This document shows, one piece after another, positions 1 through 13,340 of a DNA stretch of 64,000 nt. Position 1 is the stretch's first letter; each line of letters starts with the position of its first letter. A model generated the notes under the pieces. The model saw only the letters and a program-made list of their open reading frames with translations, ran no database searches and had not been told where the DNA came from. Origin of the DNA: Lama guanicoe (Eukaryota). Location of the stretch: NCBI GenBank assembly GCA_013239625.1, contig MU054187.1:186001-250000 (forward strand), read 5' to 3'. The position numbers were made by a program, and so were the translations under genes.

Positions 1-3000
1 AGGAGTTTTTTGGAACTTTTACATAGATGATCATGTCATCTGCAAACAAAGACAGTTTTATGTGTTCCTTCGCAATCTGTATACCGTTTACTTCCTTCTC
101 TTATGTTATTGCATTAGCAGTACTTCCAGTATAATGTTGAAAAGGAGTGGTGAGAAGGGACACCCTTGCCTTTTACCTGTTCTTAGTGGGAAAGCTTCTA
201 GCTTCTCATTGTTGAATATGACTTCAGCCGTAGGTTTTTTGTATAGTCTTCATCAGCTTGTAAAGTTTCCCTCTATTCCTAGTTTACTAAGAGTTTTTAG
301 CATGAGTAGGTGTTAAATTTTGTCAAATACTTAGCCTACATGTGTTGATATGATCATGTGATTATTCTTTTTTAGTTGTGATGTATTACATAAATTGACC
401 TTCAAATGTTGAAACAGCTTTGCATAACTGGGATAAATCCCACTTGGTGATGGTATAGAATTCCTTTTACACATTGTTGGTTTGATTTGCTAATATTTTG
501 TTGAGGATTTATGCATCTTAGAATCATGGTGGTTCGTAGTTTTCCTTTTTTGTACTATCTTTGTCTGGTTTTGGTATGAGGGTAATACTGGCCTCATAGA
601 ATAAGATAGGAAGCACTCCCGCTGCTTCTACCCTCTGAGAAAGATTATAGCCAGTTGATATAATTTCTTCCTTAAATGTTTGGTTAAATTCACCAGTGAA
701 CCCATCTGAGCCTGGTGCTTTCTGTTTTGGAAGATGGTTTTTTTTTTTTTACATTTTTTTATTGAGTTATAGTCATTTTACAATGTTGTGTCAAATTCCA
801 GCGTAGAGCACAATTTTTCAGTTATACATGAACATATATATATATATTCATTGTCACATTTTTTTCTCTGTGAGCTACCATAAGATCTTGTATATATTTC
901 CCTGTGTTATACAGTATAATCTTATTTATCTATTCTACATTTTGAAATTCCAGTCTGTCTTTTCCCACCCCCCCTCCTTGGCAACCACAAGTTTCTTTCT
1001 ATGTCTATGAGTCTGTCTCTGTTTTGTATTTATGTTTAGTTTTGGTTTGGTTTTTTTTTTTAGATTCCACATACGAGAGATCTCATATGGTATTTTTCTT
1101 TCTCTTTCTGGCTTACTTCACTTAGAATGACATTCTCCAGTAGCATCCATGTTGCTGCAAGTGACATTACATTGTCGGTTTTTATGGCTGAAGAGTATTC
1201 CACTTATATTCCATATAAATATACCACCTCTTCTTTATCCAGTCCTCTGTTGATGGACATTTAGGCTGCTTCCATGTCTTGGCTATTGTAAATAGTGCTG
1301 CTATGAACATTGGGGTGCAGGTGTCATTTTGAAGTAGGGTTCCTTCTGGATATATGCCCAGGAGTGGGATTCCTGGGTCATATGGTAAGTCTGTTCCTAG
1401 TCTTTTGAGGAATCTCCATACTGTTTTCCACAGTGGCTGCACCAAACTGCATTTGTTTTGGAAGATGATTAATTATTAATTCAATGTCTTTAATAGACAC
1501 AGGCTTATTCAGGTTATCTATTTCTTCTTGTGTGAGTTTGTGTTTTTTATGATTGGTCCATATCATCTAGGTTATCAAATTTTAGGGCACAGAGTTGTTT
1601 ATAGTATTCCTTTAGTATCCTTTTAATGTCCATGGGATCTGTAGTGATGTCCCCTCTTTCATTTCTGATATTAGTAATTTGGGTCCTCTTTTTTTCTTGT
1701 TAGCCTGGCTAGAGGCTTATAGATTTTATTGATCTTTTCAAATGACCAGTTTTTGGTTTCACTGGTTTTTCTCTTTTGATTTCCTGCTTTCAATTCTATT
1801 GATTTCTCCTCTAATCCTTATTATTTCTTTCTTTCTTCTTGCTTTGGATTTACTTTGCTCTTCTGTTTCTAATTTCCTAAGGTGGAAACTTAGATTACTG
1901 ATTTTAGATGATTCTTCTTTTCTTATATATGCATTCAATTGTATAAATTTCCCTCTAAGTACTGTTTTTGCTACATCCTAAACATTTTGATTAGTTGTGT
2001 TTCCATTTTCATTTATTTAAACATTTTTAAAAATTCTCATGAGATTTCTTCTGAGTCATGTATTACATAAAGTTAGTCTTTAGTCTTTATGTATTTGACA
2101 ATTTTTTGTCATTCTGTTATTGAATTCTAGTTTAGTTCCGCTGAAAGCAAACATTGTGTGGTTTCTGTTCTTTCAAACACCTTCAGATGTGTCCTAGGGC
2201 CCAGACTGGGCTCTGTCTTGGTGAATGTTCCTTGTGAACTTGAAAAGAGTGTGTCCTCTGCTGCTGTTGAATGAAGTGGTCTGCAGATGCCAGTTACATC
2301 CAGTCGATTGATAGCGCATTGAGTTCAACTGTGACCTTGCTGGCTTTCTGCCCTTTCTGAGAGAAGGGGTGGTGAAGGGTCCAGCCGTGATCGTGGATTC
2401 ATCTGTCTCTCTTTGCAGCCCTGCTTCTGTTTCATGGAGCTTGATGCGCTGTTGTTGGGCACATACATGTTAAGGATTGCTGTGTCTTGGGGAACTGACG
2501 CCTTTGTCATTAGGTAACGTCCTTCTTTATCCATAATAACTTTCCTTACTTTGAAGTCTGCTCTGTTTGAAATTTAAGAAGCTCCTCCTGCTCTCTTTGT
2601 ATTAGTGTTAGCATGTTATTTTAGGTATCATGGTACCATAATACTATAACAGTGTTATTATGTTAGCATGGATTGTTTTTCTCCATCCATTTACTTTTAA
2701 TCCATAGGTGTCTTTATATTTAAAGTGAATTCTTGTGGACAACATACAATTGGGTCATCTTTTTTGATCCACTCTGATAGTCTCTGTCTTCAGTTTAGTT
2801 GGTGTGTTTAGACCATTAACATTCAAAGTGATTATTGATGTAGTTGGAATAATAGCTACTATATTCATTACTATTTTCAATTTGTTGCCCTTGTTCTGTG
2901 TTCCTTTTTTGTCCTCCACTCTTTTTCTGCCTTTTGTGGTTTAATTGAGCATTTTATATGATTCCATTTTCTCTCCTTAGCACATCAGTTATACTTACAT

Positions 3001-3765
3001 TTTTACTTTTTAGTGGTTGCCCTAGAGTTTGCAGTACACGTTTACAATTAATCCAAGTCCACTTTCAGATGACACTGCCACTTCTGGTGTTGTGAGCGCC
3101 TTCTGAGAACAAGACTGTCCTGATTCCTCCATCCCATCCCCTGTGCTGTTGCTGTCATTCATTTCATGTATGCATGTATGTGTGTATCAGAAATAAACGT
3201 GAGTATACACACTTGAATACGTTGTTGCTGTTACTGTGTTGAACAGACTGTTAGCTATCAGATCAATTAAGAGTTTAAATAAAAGTCTTTATTTTTACCT
3301 TCCCTTACTCCTTCCTCAGTGCTCTTCCTTCGTGTAGATCCTAGTTTCTGACTACATCATTCTCTTTCTCTCTAAAGAACTTTCACCATTTCTTGTAAGT
3401 CAGGTCTACTGGCAACAAATTGCTTCAGTTTTTGTCTGAGCAAGTCTCTATTTCTCATTCACTTTTGAAGGATAATTTCACAGGGTACAGAACTCTAGGT
3501 TGGTGGGGTTTTTTGTCTCAACACCTTAAGTGTTTCACTCCACTTTCCTCTTGTTTGCGTGACTTCCAGAAAGTCAGATGTAGTTGTTACCTTTGTTTCT
3601 CTGTAGAGAAAGTGTTTTTTTCCTTTGGCTTCTTCTAGGGTTTTTCTTTCCTTATTTTGTGTAGTTTGAAAATGATATGGCTAGGTGTAGTTTATTTTGC
3701 ATTTATTTCTGGTTGGTGTTCCCTCAACTTCCTGGATCTGGGATTTGGTGCCTGACATTAATTTG
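1..3765 (-). mobile_element. Old L1 (L1M-type) ORF2 5' region to ORF1, decayed, interrupted by a younger L1 at 738-1453
   Basis: T-rich antisense L1 text such as gatcatgtcatctgcaaacaaagacagttt and gtgagaagggacacccttgcctt. Minus-strand ORF remnants [20 protein letters not shown] and DKEGRYLMTKAS...ILNMYVPN resemble L1 ORF2. Confidence 0.9.
738..1453 (-). mobile_element. Young 5'-truncated lineage-specific L1 (3' end) with target-site duplication
   Basis: Poly-T head, then L1 3'UTR and ORF2 C-terminus ([15 protein letters not shown]...CTPMFIAALFTIAKTWKQPKCP). TSD tgttttggaagatg at 723-736 and 1454-1467. Confidence 0.93.
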
Positions 3766-5781
3766 AGTAGGGCGGGCGGCAGTGTGCGATGGAGCTGGGG
3801 AGGACAGGGATGACACAGGAATCAGCATCTGCACTGCAGGTTCACGTCACAGGCACCAGGTGTCAGCCCTGTGTGTCCGGGGTAGAAACCCTTCATCCAG
3901 TGGAATAGCTCATGGATTGAAAAACACTTCTAAGCTGTTTGAGAACATGAGAAAGAGCCAGGGCAACTCCCTGAGTTTTCAGTTGACACTGCAAGTAGCC
4001 TCATACAAAAAAGGCTGGGTTCGCTCAAAACCTGTGATGCTGTGCCGCAAGCCAGGCAGTCTTACTCTCGGCCTCGTGCATGCAGCCATCCAGCCAAGAG
4101 GGAGTAGAAAAGCGGGCTGGGTCCAGGACCCCTAGATTCTTCATGCCACCGAGCAGTGTGGTCTGAGGCAAGCTGAGGGTCCTCTGAGTGCCACACAGGC
4201 ACCTGTGAGATGAAAAGATGGGGAAAAATCACCACAGTCTCTTCTAGAATAACTGAAAGTCTGGACGTTTTCGTCTGTGCAGAGAATTAAAGTAGCGATC
4301 ATTTCTTTGTCAGATGATTGCTTCCTCTTGGAAAGCAAGTCAGTAAGAATTTACAATTAAGAATTTAGAGTATCTGTTAAGACATTAATTTGTCTCAGAT
4401 TTAATGATACATTTTCATAATGAAAACTTTAGTATTCAAAGTGTGTATGTGTGCTTAAGAAATTGCTCAAAGTACTCCAGCTCTGCTTTTGAAAGTTTTT
4501 TCTGCGCCGTTAGTTATAGAACTAGATTCAAGATCACTTGGAAAATTGGCCCCGTGCGCCAGTAGCTCATGTGGATCCTACCCTCCCTACCTCGGAGCCC
4601 AGCAGTCCCTGCACACACTGTTCAGTAAACAACTAAGAGGACCAAGAGCCCAGCCAGTTCATTCACAGAGCATTTGGAAAGGGCTGTCTGCGCAGCCTTG
4701 AGGTGCTGGCTAAAGTGGTGTGGAGAGGCAGCGTTTGTGTTTTCATTAGTCTTTTTATAGCATGGAACCAGCTGTAGCTGGTTAACGCTAGCTGGGCTGT
4801 CTGTTAGTGTACAGGTCTCTTACGCAGGATAAAGGGCTTATGATGGAAACAGATTTTGTTACTCATGATACCACCGACAGTGTTTACGTGAACTCACCCT
4901 GCCTGTCATGGGATGTGAGTAAGAGTGGCCCCATTAAAACACAGAAACTGCCTGGGCGCTATTCAAATCATCCTTGGAAGCAATAAATACAGATAGCTTC
5001 CCTGTTAAACTGGCTGCCCTTCACAGACTGTCCTTCCTTGGATGATGATTTTGAAGAGAGCTAGGACGTTTTCCCATCAGTGTTATAAAAACTGGGTGGA
5101 GAAAGTTGTTTTTCCTCCAGCCACAGCAAGGAGTCGTCATCTTATAGAGGGTAGAGAATAATTTACCAGCCATTTCTGGAGAAGTTAAACAGAATGGTTA
5201 GTAGTGATGTAGCTCCTCACAGAATGAACTCTGAAGGCAAAATTTAACCTTTTAGAGATTATTAATAGCTAGATGGAAATGAATGTATGTATGTATGTTC
5301 ATGAAAAACATTCTGAATGGAGAACCTTTATTGGATTCTTGTGTCGCTTGTTTGAGGGATTAAAGGATAAACCAGTTTAGCCTGTTTTCTGAAGCAGCCA
5401 AGAACCTGTGGGGCTGAGCTACTTCCTGGATCAGTCTCACCAGAAATTAGGGAATATATTCTTCTTTTAAACCTAAGTTATTTGCAGAAGTGAGCTTAGG
5501 TGTTTGAAATGATGAAGTCTTGGAAACTTGAGAGCCGGGATTCTCCCCGTAACAGTTGTTGCAGCCCCTCACACAGGATCCAGATTGTCCTTGGTTCCCC
5601 TGGACACTTTCTTTTTCCCCAGAACAGGGTCTGGCAGTCTCAGAGGTTCAGTAATTGCATTTGTTAGGATGGTGGCAGGGACTGGCCTGTCATCCACCTT
5701 GCAGATTGTTTGGGGGTAAATGAGGTCACAGGGGAGATGCCTGGCACTCGGTGGGCTTCATTTTGTCCTATTTGTGCGGAG

Positions 5782-5955
5782 CAGGGTTGGCAAGCACAGT
5801 GCTTTAGGCTGTTGCCCTCACTCACCTCAGCCTTCGTTGTGTGAAAGCGACTGGGCAAGAATGTGCGAGCAGACGGGCGGGTCCCAATAAAACTTTATTT
5901 ACAAAGGCAGGTGGCAGGAAGAACTGGGCCACAGGCCATAGTTTGCCAACCCATG
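5782..5955 (-). mobile_element. MER58A-like hAT-Charlie non-autonomous DNA transposon
   Basis: Terminal inverted repeats cagggttggcaa ... ttgccaacccatg; internal ccaataaaactttatttacaaa is typical of MER58. Confidence 0.75.
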
Positions 5956-7358
5956 ATCTATTCAGAGGTAAATTCCCTATGTCCTCCATGTCCTTTGTAG
6001 GATAAAAGAATTTTCAGCCAATGTTTACTATGGCTCTGACTTACCACACGTCAGAATGACACTTGAAGGTATAAGTATATGCTTATGTATTTTTGAGCTA
6101 TATACAGAGAAGAATGTGTAAAATCAAAGTGTTTAATATAGTTATATGTTAATTTCCAGATAAAATAGCCCCTGTCACATGTGGTAAAATAATGTGACTT
6201 AAGAAATGTTGGGATTTCTCTGCATACTTGGTCTCTCAAGTATGTTGAATTACAAAATGATACAGATAGCACAGCAAATTTATGAGCCAAAGGAAGGTAA
6301 AAAAAAAAATCAAACCTTTACACCAGGATTTATGATTTACAATTGAGAGAATGAACCCTAGGGAAAGTAGAAAGCACAACAAAAAATGTAAATAAAAATA
6401 TGGATAAAGCTGTGTTGAATCCTGAGGAGGGCAGGAGAAGAGCAGAAGGGAGCCTAAGGTTTGTCATTACAGTCTGGACTTCAGGGCCAGCTCGGGGACC
6501 AGCCCTGTCTTGTGACCCCGGGCCCACGGAGGAATCATGGCCTCACGTTGTCCTGTCACAGGCTGAGCTGCAGCGAGTGCTCTGCGAGCCTCCCGTTGTG
6601 TGAAGGACCCTTGTCGCTTGTACGTGTCAGGGCAGAGCCAGCCTGGTCCAGGGCAGTTTGGAGCTGCCTCCCCAGAGCAGTGGGACCCGGAGAACTCACA
6701 GCCTCTGTGTGTTAGGGAACACACCCCTGGCTGAGAGGCCAGCCTGTGAGGCTGCAGGTCAGCTGAAGTTCTAGCAACGAGGTTACTGCTTCTCCTTCAG
6801 CTGTGACCATCCTACTACACCTCGCTTTGGGTGAACCTGTGCAGCTGATCTGACAGGACAGGTCCTTATTCACATGGATGTGGATTGACTCCACTTACAT
6901 GTCCTGTTCACTCAAAAGAAGTAAAGCAGCTGTAGCCACTAGCAGGAGGTCACAGTATCAGAGTCATCCTGAGTCAGGGCTGCCTTCACGGGAATGGTGA
7001 GTGTCAGAGCAAGAATGTAACCACCCCAGGCGTCCTGAGAGAGGGGAAGGGGGGAAGGGTTGGGGACTCGATGGGGAGGGAGGGGTAGGAGAGAGACCAA
7101 AAGACCAGGTGCACCCCAGGGAGGGCCCACTGCAGAGCGGTGGGCTGGTGCTGGAAGGAAAGTGGACCCATCCTTCCTCCAAGTTTACTCTTCTTCCCAG
7201 GCAGCCCTCTTCCTTGACCCCAAGGCCTTGTAACAGTGGGGACAAGAAAGGTCATGCTCTTTGGCTTAAGACTTTGAACTTAGTCATTGTAATAGATTTT
7301 AAAGAAAATCTGTACTGGTGTCATAGAAAGAGTTCTCGGAAATAAGAATTTAGGCTTT

Positions 7359-8132
7359 GGTCCAACAGGCACATGAAAAGATGCTCAGTGTCACTAAGTA
7401 TCAGAGAAATGCAAATCAGAACCTCACACCAATCAGAATGGCCATCATTAAAAAGTCCACAAATGACAAATGCTGGAGAGGGTGTGGAGAAAAGGGGACC
7501 TGCCTACACTGCTGGTGGGAATGCAGTTTGGTGCAGCCACTGTGGAGGACAGTATGAAGGTTCCTTAAAAAAAAAACTAAAAATAGACTTAACATATGAT
7601 CCAGCAGGCTCACTCCTGGGTATATATCCAGAGGGAACTCTAATTCAAAAAGATACATGCATCCCAATGTTCATAGCAGCACTATGTGCAACAGCCAAGA
7701 CATGGAAACAACCTAAATGTCTTGACAGATTGACAGATAACTGGATAAAGAAGCTGTGGTATATTTATACAATGGAATACCACTCAGCCATAAAAAGGAA
7801 TAAAATAATGCCATTTGCAGCAATGTGGATGGACCTGGATATTGTCATTCTAAGTGAAGTAAGCTTAGAAAGAGAAAGAAAAATACCATATGATAACACT
7901 CATACGTGGAATCTAAAAAAATGACACAAATGAACTTATTTACAAAACAAACAGACAAAGAAAACAAACTTATGGTTACCAGCATGGTGGGGGAGGGATA
8001 AATTAGGAGTTTGTGATTAGCAGATGCACACTACTATATATAAAATAAACAAACAACAGGGACCTACTGTATAGCACAGAGAACTACATTCAATATCTTG
8101 TAATAAACTATAATGGAAAAGAATCTTAAAAA
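7359..8132 (+). mobile_element. 5'-truncated L1 (ORF2 C-terminus + 3'UTR)
   Basis: ORF 7373-7924 carries the L1 ORF2 end ([16 protein letters not shown]...WIKKLWYIYTMEYHSAIK). Imperfect TSD aagaatttaggcttt (7344-7358) / aagatcttaggcttt (8133-8147). Confidence 0.92.
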
Positions 8133-10829
8133 AAGATCTTAGGCTTTTGTCTACAATCACATGGGTCTTACCTCCTCATGATTGCATATTTCATGTATTA
8201 ATGAATTTTGAAAACTGCACAAATGTTGCTGCATAGGTTTAAACTAAAAAGTAGCACAGAAAAGCACTGGATGCAGGAATGATCACAATAAATACATCAG
8301 GGCAGATGGTGAAAGAGGAAACTCATATCTCAAAAACAGATTTAGATTTATTTGTTCAGAACATATGAAAAGGGAATGAAGAGCTGATGGATTCTTACTT
8401 GATTTTTCAGAGTTCACAATTCACTAAAGATTCAGAGAATCAACATACGGTTTTCATTTATGATTGTAGTTAATTTTCTAGAAGGCCAGTGAGATACGGC
8501 TACTTGATTCAGGTGAAGTTTACTCTGGGACATACTGAGTCTTTCTACTGAGACTAGAGTCCAGGATTCAGCCGTTACTTTGGGATGATCTGAGAAAACT
8601 GAACAGCCAAGTGTTTTGTTGCTTTAGATTAGTTAAGTGATGATAACCACGAGCATTTATAATATTATTTTGAATTGGCCCTGGGAGGGCTTAAGACACA
8701 GAACTGAATGTACTGCCAGATATTTTTGCAGGAGTCACAGATGTAAAAGAGAATTCTGTACACACATCCCCCTCCCCAACACCCAAACAGGACATATTTT
8801 GAGTTAAACCCTTTGGAATGGACTATTTTTAGAAAAATGGCAGAGGGGTAGGAAATTTTTTTTAACAACTTTTTCATTACAGCCCGTAAAACATATTTAC
8901 ATTCTAATTCAGTTGTGACATGTCCTGCACGTGATTGACTCTACTGACAGTGAAATACCAAGTTGAACAAGAATTAGTCTTTTTAAACAAAGGCAAAGTT
9001 TTGCCCACTCTGGAAGTGGAGAGTTAACACATGGTACCCAGGCGTGGGCCAGGCTTGGCAGCGCCCCCACTGCCAGCACAGTGCTCCATGCTGGTCCTCC
9101 CTGCTGTGCTCCCAGCCCGTCTGGCCGTGAGGGATGTGACCATGTACATGACAGCTGGTCCAATAGTATTTTTAGTGTAATTTTAATGATAAAGCAACAT
9201 CATGACACCTATAGAAAATTTCAGTTCGCACTAGTAGAAAAATCGTTCTGATTCTATAGACTGTATAATCATTCTGTACATTATCTTCTAGTCTTCTTAT
9301 TATACTTCTTTTAAGTTGAAATCGTGAAACATTGTGTTCTGAGCCCACAGAGTGTCAGCGCACTGAAATCGTCTTACTCCCCTTGTGCACGGTCTCAACC
9401 TGACCGTGTTCTCAGCGGAGACAAGGGGAGACCTGGACTGAGAGCTGCAGTACGCCATGTGCTTGTGTTTTGTTTGTTTGAGGAGCTCAGTAAGCACATA
9501 AAATACCCATGTGGTGCCTGCCAGCGACCCTCTGCGAGGCCGTGACGGAAAGGCTGGCAGCGCCGGGGACAGGTGGGCGGGAGCTTTCCCATTGTTCTTC
9601 AAGGGCTGGAGGCTGAAGACCCGCCTCAGGCCGAGCTGGAGCTCAAACCAGGTCTGTGTGACTCTGAGCCGTTGCCGTTGCACGTGTAGCAGCCAAGGCA
9701 CTTCACATTCGGTCGCTGAGAAGGACAGCGACTGCGCGGACCCCTGGGCGGGGCGTGTGGTCGCTCTCCCTCCGATGGGGCTGCACTGGAGCTGATAGTA
9801 GAAAACCTGCGAGAACTGTTTCTCTTTGAAGTGTGAGCAGGTATTAGCTCCACTGATGAGGAATGCAACTGTCCAAACAGGTGGCTGTAATCAGATGTTT
9901 GAAAAAGGAACATTAATAACATTATTTCTTGATGTCCAAAACACATTTTTAAACAAAAAGTCAGTTATATATCCAATCAGAAAATTACTTCGACTCTTTG
10001 ATGAAGAAAAAAAGTAAGTGTCCCTGAGCCTTAGATGTCACCTCTTGCTTCTGGCTGTGTGGGTGGCAGAGCTTTTCCTATGAAAGGGACAGTAACAGAA
10101 CCAGCAGGGCAGTGAAAACAGGCAGAACGCTGCTACCAGGCGGTAGAGCTCTGTGCTGTGCCACCTGATATGTGAGAGGACGTAAACGATGGGGTTTTCC
10201 CTTTTAAGAACAGACATGGAAACAATTTTTTTTTTAAATATAAAAATGTAGAAACGTAGACTTCAAACATGAAGGAAGAAGAGTTAAAAAGAGAGGGAAG
10301 AAAGATCGCTTCTGGTCAGACATCCCACGTAGAACTGTTCGTCCATTTGGGGAGTGAAGTGCTACCACAGAGCGCACAGCCAGAGGGGAGGAAGCAGAGC
10401 ACCCAGCTGAGTGTGGACACATGTCCCTGACCTCCCTGGGCAGTGCAAGTGCCAGGGGCGGGCCCGGGAGGCCCACGTCGTCCCGTGTTAACAGACACCA
10501 TCTCTGGGCAGCCCGCCACCATCAGCGTGGCGGTCTCGGTGCTCACCTGCCCCACCCCCTCGGTGTCTGGGCCCTGCCGGTGTGGTCACGGGGGAAGAAG
10601 CAACAGTTACTTTCATTGTTGGGCAGCAGGAGCCCATAGGCAATTTTGAGGAGTGAATGCTGAACTATGTTCAGTAGGGTTTGAACACCGTTGCTTCCGG
10701 TGGGTTTTTGTCTCTAATCACACTCCATGTGAGCTCATTGTGGAGCGTGCAGTGGTGACAGGGATGTGACACTGGTGCATGTCCGCCCCACTCAGCTCCG
10801 TCCCCGTGGCTCTCCCGCTCCAGCTCAGT

Positions 10830-11260
10830 GCCCGGCAACTGCGGGTCCATCCTCCACTTCTAGCATTTTCTCCTTTCAGGAGTGTTATATGAGCGTTGTG
10901 TAATGTGCACATGTGCTCTTCGGGGAGTGGCTTTTGTCATGCCGTGGGATTCCCTGGAGGCCTGCCTGCATGGTTGCCTGCAGCGCAGCCGGCTCCTTTG
11001 ACCTGCCCCACAGTTTGACTTAACGTTTCCCTGTCACAAGATGTCTGGCTGTTGTGATTAAAGCTCCTGTGAACGTGGGCACACAGGCGTTGGTGTGAAC
11101 CCCATTGCTGAGTCCTGGGCAGTTTCGAGTTCTGTCATGCTGTCTCCAGAGGACTGCACGTCTTTCCTGGCAGCATTGTGTGAGGGTCCCAGTGTCTCTT
11201 CATCACCGGTGTTTGGCATTGTCACTCTATTTTATTTAGCCATTCTCACTCATGCTTATG
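10830..11260 (-). mobile_element. Highly decayed L1M 3' fragment
   Basis: Residual motifs attaaagctcctgtgaacgt, cagcattgtgtgagggtccc, ttttatttagccattct. Confidence 0.55.
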
Positions 11261-11962
11261 TGTCAGATTTTAAACTAAGAGTTTGGATTTTTAGTACTTT
11301 ATACTTTTCTCATGTTGGGACATATCTCCTGAGGTACTTTATAGAAAAAAAAAACACCTGAGTGTATCTTTCTGTAGGTCCCACCAGACTGTAAACTTCA
11401 TCAGTGTAAGAAATAGTTTCATGCAGGTCTCCATCCCTCGCACATAAAGCTGGGCCAGGCACAGGCAGACACTGTCGAGTGTGACTAGGGGAGGGGGCGG
11501 ACGGAGAGAGCTTTCTGCTTCATCACCACGCCCAGCAACTGTTCACTAGGCGTGCTCCAGGTACTTGGCAATATTATGGCTTGAAAAACACATAGTGAAC
11601 TTAGATTAGAAATCATCTCAAGTCCAGAGAGACTCTAGAGTATCAGCTAGATCCAGATGCACCTTAAAAAACAAAGAAGAGAAACTTTTCCAAATACAAA
11701 AGCGAGGGAGAAAATTCTTCACGTCTTGACTCTTGTTTCCCTCCAAAGGAAAACCTCCGCTCTTTATGGACCTGATGTCGACAGAGATGCTCATCGAAGG
11801 CACTGAGTCTCTTTGATAGTGTCACACCTGGCCCGAGCCAGAGGATAGCCTACCTGCCTGCCTGGCGCAGGAGAGCGTGCTCCCACCTGACTGGGACCTG
11901 CGCTGGCCCTGCCAACAGCTCCTGTCCTGCAGTGTCTGCTGACTCATCCTCATTTGTCAGCA

Positions 11963-12117
11963 GCTTACTTCACTTAGAATGACATTCTCCAGGAGCATCC
12001 ATGTTGCTGCAAATGGCGTTATGTTGTCGGTTTTTATGGCTGAGTAGTATTCCATTGTATAAATATACCACATCTTATCCAGTCATCTGCTGATGGACTT
12101 TTAGGCTGTTTCCATGT
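11963..12117 (-). mobile_element. 155-bp internal fragment of the young L1 family
   Basis: Near-identical by eye to ~56549-56708 (gcttacttcacttagaatgacattctccaggagcatcc...aggctgtttccatgt); no poly-A tail or TSD seen. Confidence 0.9.
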
Positions 12118-12679
12118 TTCCAAGCATCAGATCTTAAACAGATTACCCTAAGAAGAGGCTGTTGGGCAAAAATGCCTCTGACCCCTCCGGGGGTAAAAGA
12201 GGCCAGCATGCCCACCCACTTCTGTGCAGCCTCAGCAAGACATCCACAGAGGGAACGCTTTCTCTGAGTGTACAGCAGTTAGTGAATGCATACCAAGCAA
12301 TGAGGTTACATCTAAAACTGTAGCAATTAAGAAGCATGTACTAGTAACAAAATAGTAAAATAGTTGTGCTAGTTGGGGAAAATATTATCCCATTATACTG
12401 TGCACTTTAAACTTACACAGTGCTGTATGTCAGTTATATCTCAGTGAAACTGGAAAAAAATAGTGAAGTAAAACAAAATAAAATAGAAAAGCATTATTCC
12501 TTCCCAGTGTAGTGCTGGCCACCACATCTCTAGCGGCAGCTTCAGCCTTGGAGGAAGGCCCTGGGGTATGCAGAGACGGTTGTCAGTGTCTCCGTGGACT
12601 GATACGATGTCTGTCACAGACAGATACTACTTTCTGAAAGTGTGTAGCTGTGATTTTTAAAAATTAACTGAAGTCCTTA

Positions 12680-13340
12680 CTTTACTCACATTTCCTTAGA
12701 TTTTTAACTTAATGTTTTTATGCTGCCCCGGAACCCCATCCGGGGACCACACCACACTGAGTTGTTGTGTCTTCTTACACTCCTCTGGGCTGTGAGAGCC
12801 CCTCAGACTTTCCCAGTTTTTGATGCTTTGACAGTTCGAGGAGCACTGGTCAGGTATTTGTAGAATCCCCTGACCTGGAATTTACCTGATTACTCATTAG
12901 CCTGAGATCACGGGTTCTCAGGAGGAGGATGACTGAGGGAAGGCACCCAGGCCTCAGGAACAAGTTCTTATCCTCTCATGGCAGTGGCAGATTTCTCTCC
13001 TTCCTTGCTTACTTACATGATAGTTTTTTAGGTCAGTGTGGGCTCATGAATTTTTACTTTGTTATTTTGAAGTACAATCCAATACTATTTTATTTATTTT
13101 GTTGGTTCGAATGGTTCCAGCTTTGGCCATGAAGCTCTTTGCACTGACCCCTAGTCTCTGACAAAGTTTCATCTTTGTGGGCTTTTTGTCTGGTTCTGCG
13201 TAGTCCTGAACACTTTCTCCGTTCCTGGCTCTGCATGATGCTCAGGCTCACTGTGTCTGTTACCTGACCCAGCCCTGGAATCAGCCATTTCTCCAAGGAA
13301 TTCCTTGTGCTGGAGAGTGGTACCCAGAAACACAAGAAGA
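12680..13340 (-). mobile_element. Old L1MC-type 3' region
   Basis: Motifs gagcactggtcaggtatttgtagaat and ccagccctggaatcagccatttctccaagga are typical of L1MC 3' ends. Confidence 0.65.

Noticed and set aside
8637..8707. Possible C/D box snoRNA (gtgatga ... ctga)
   Set aside because: No terminal stem and no recognisable rRNA guide; such boxes arise by chance.
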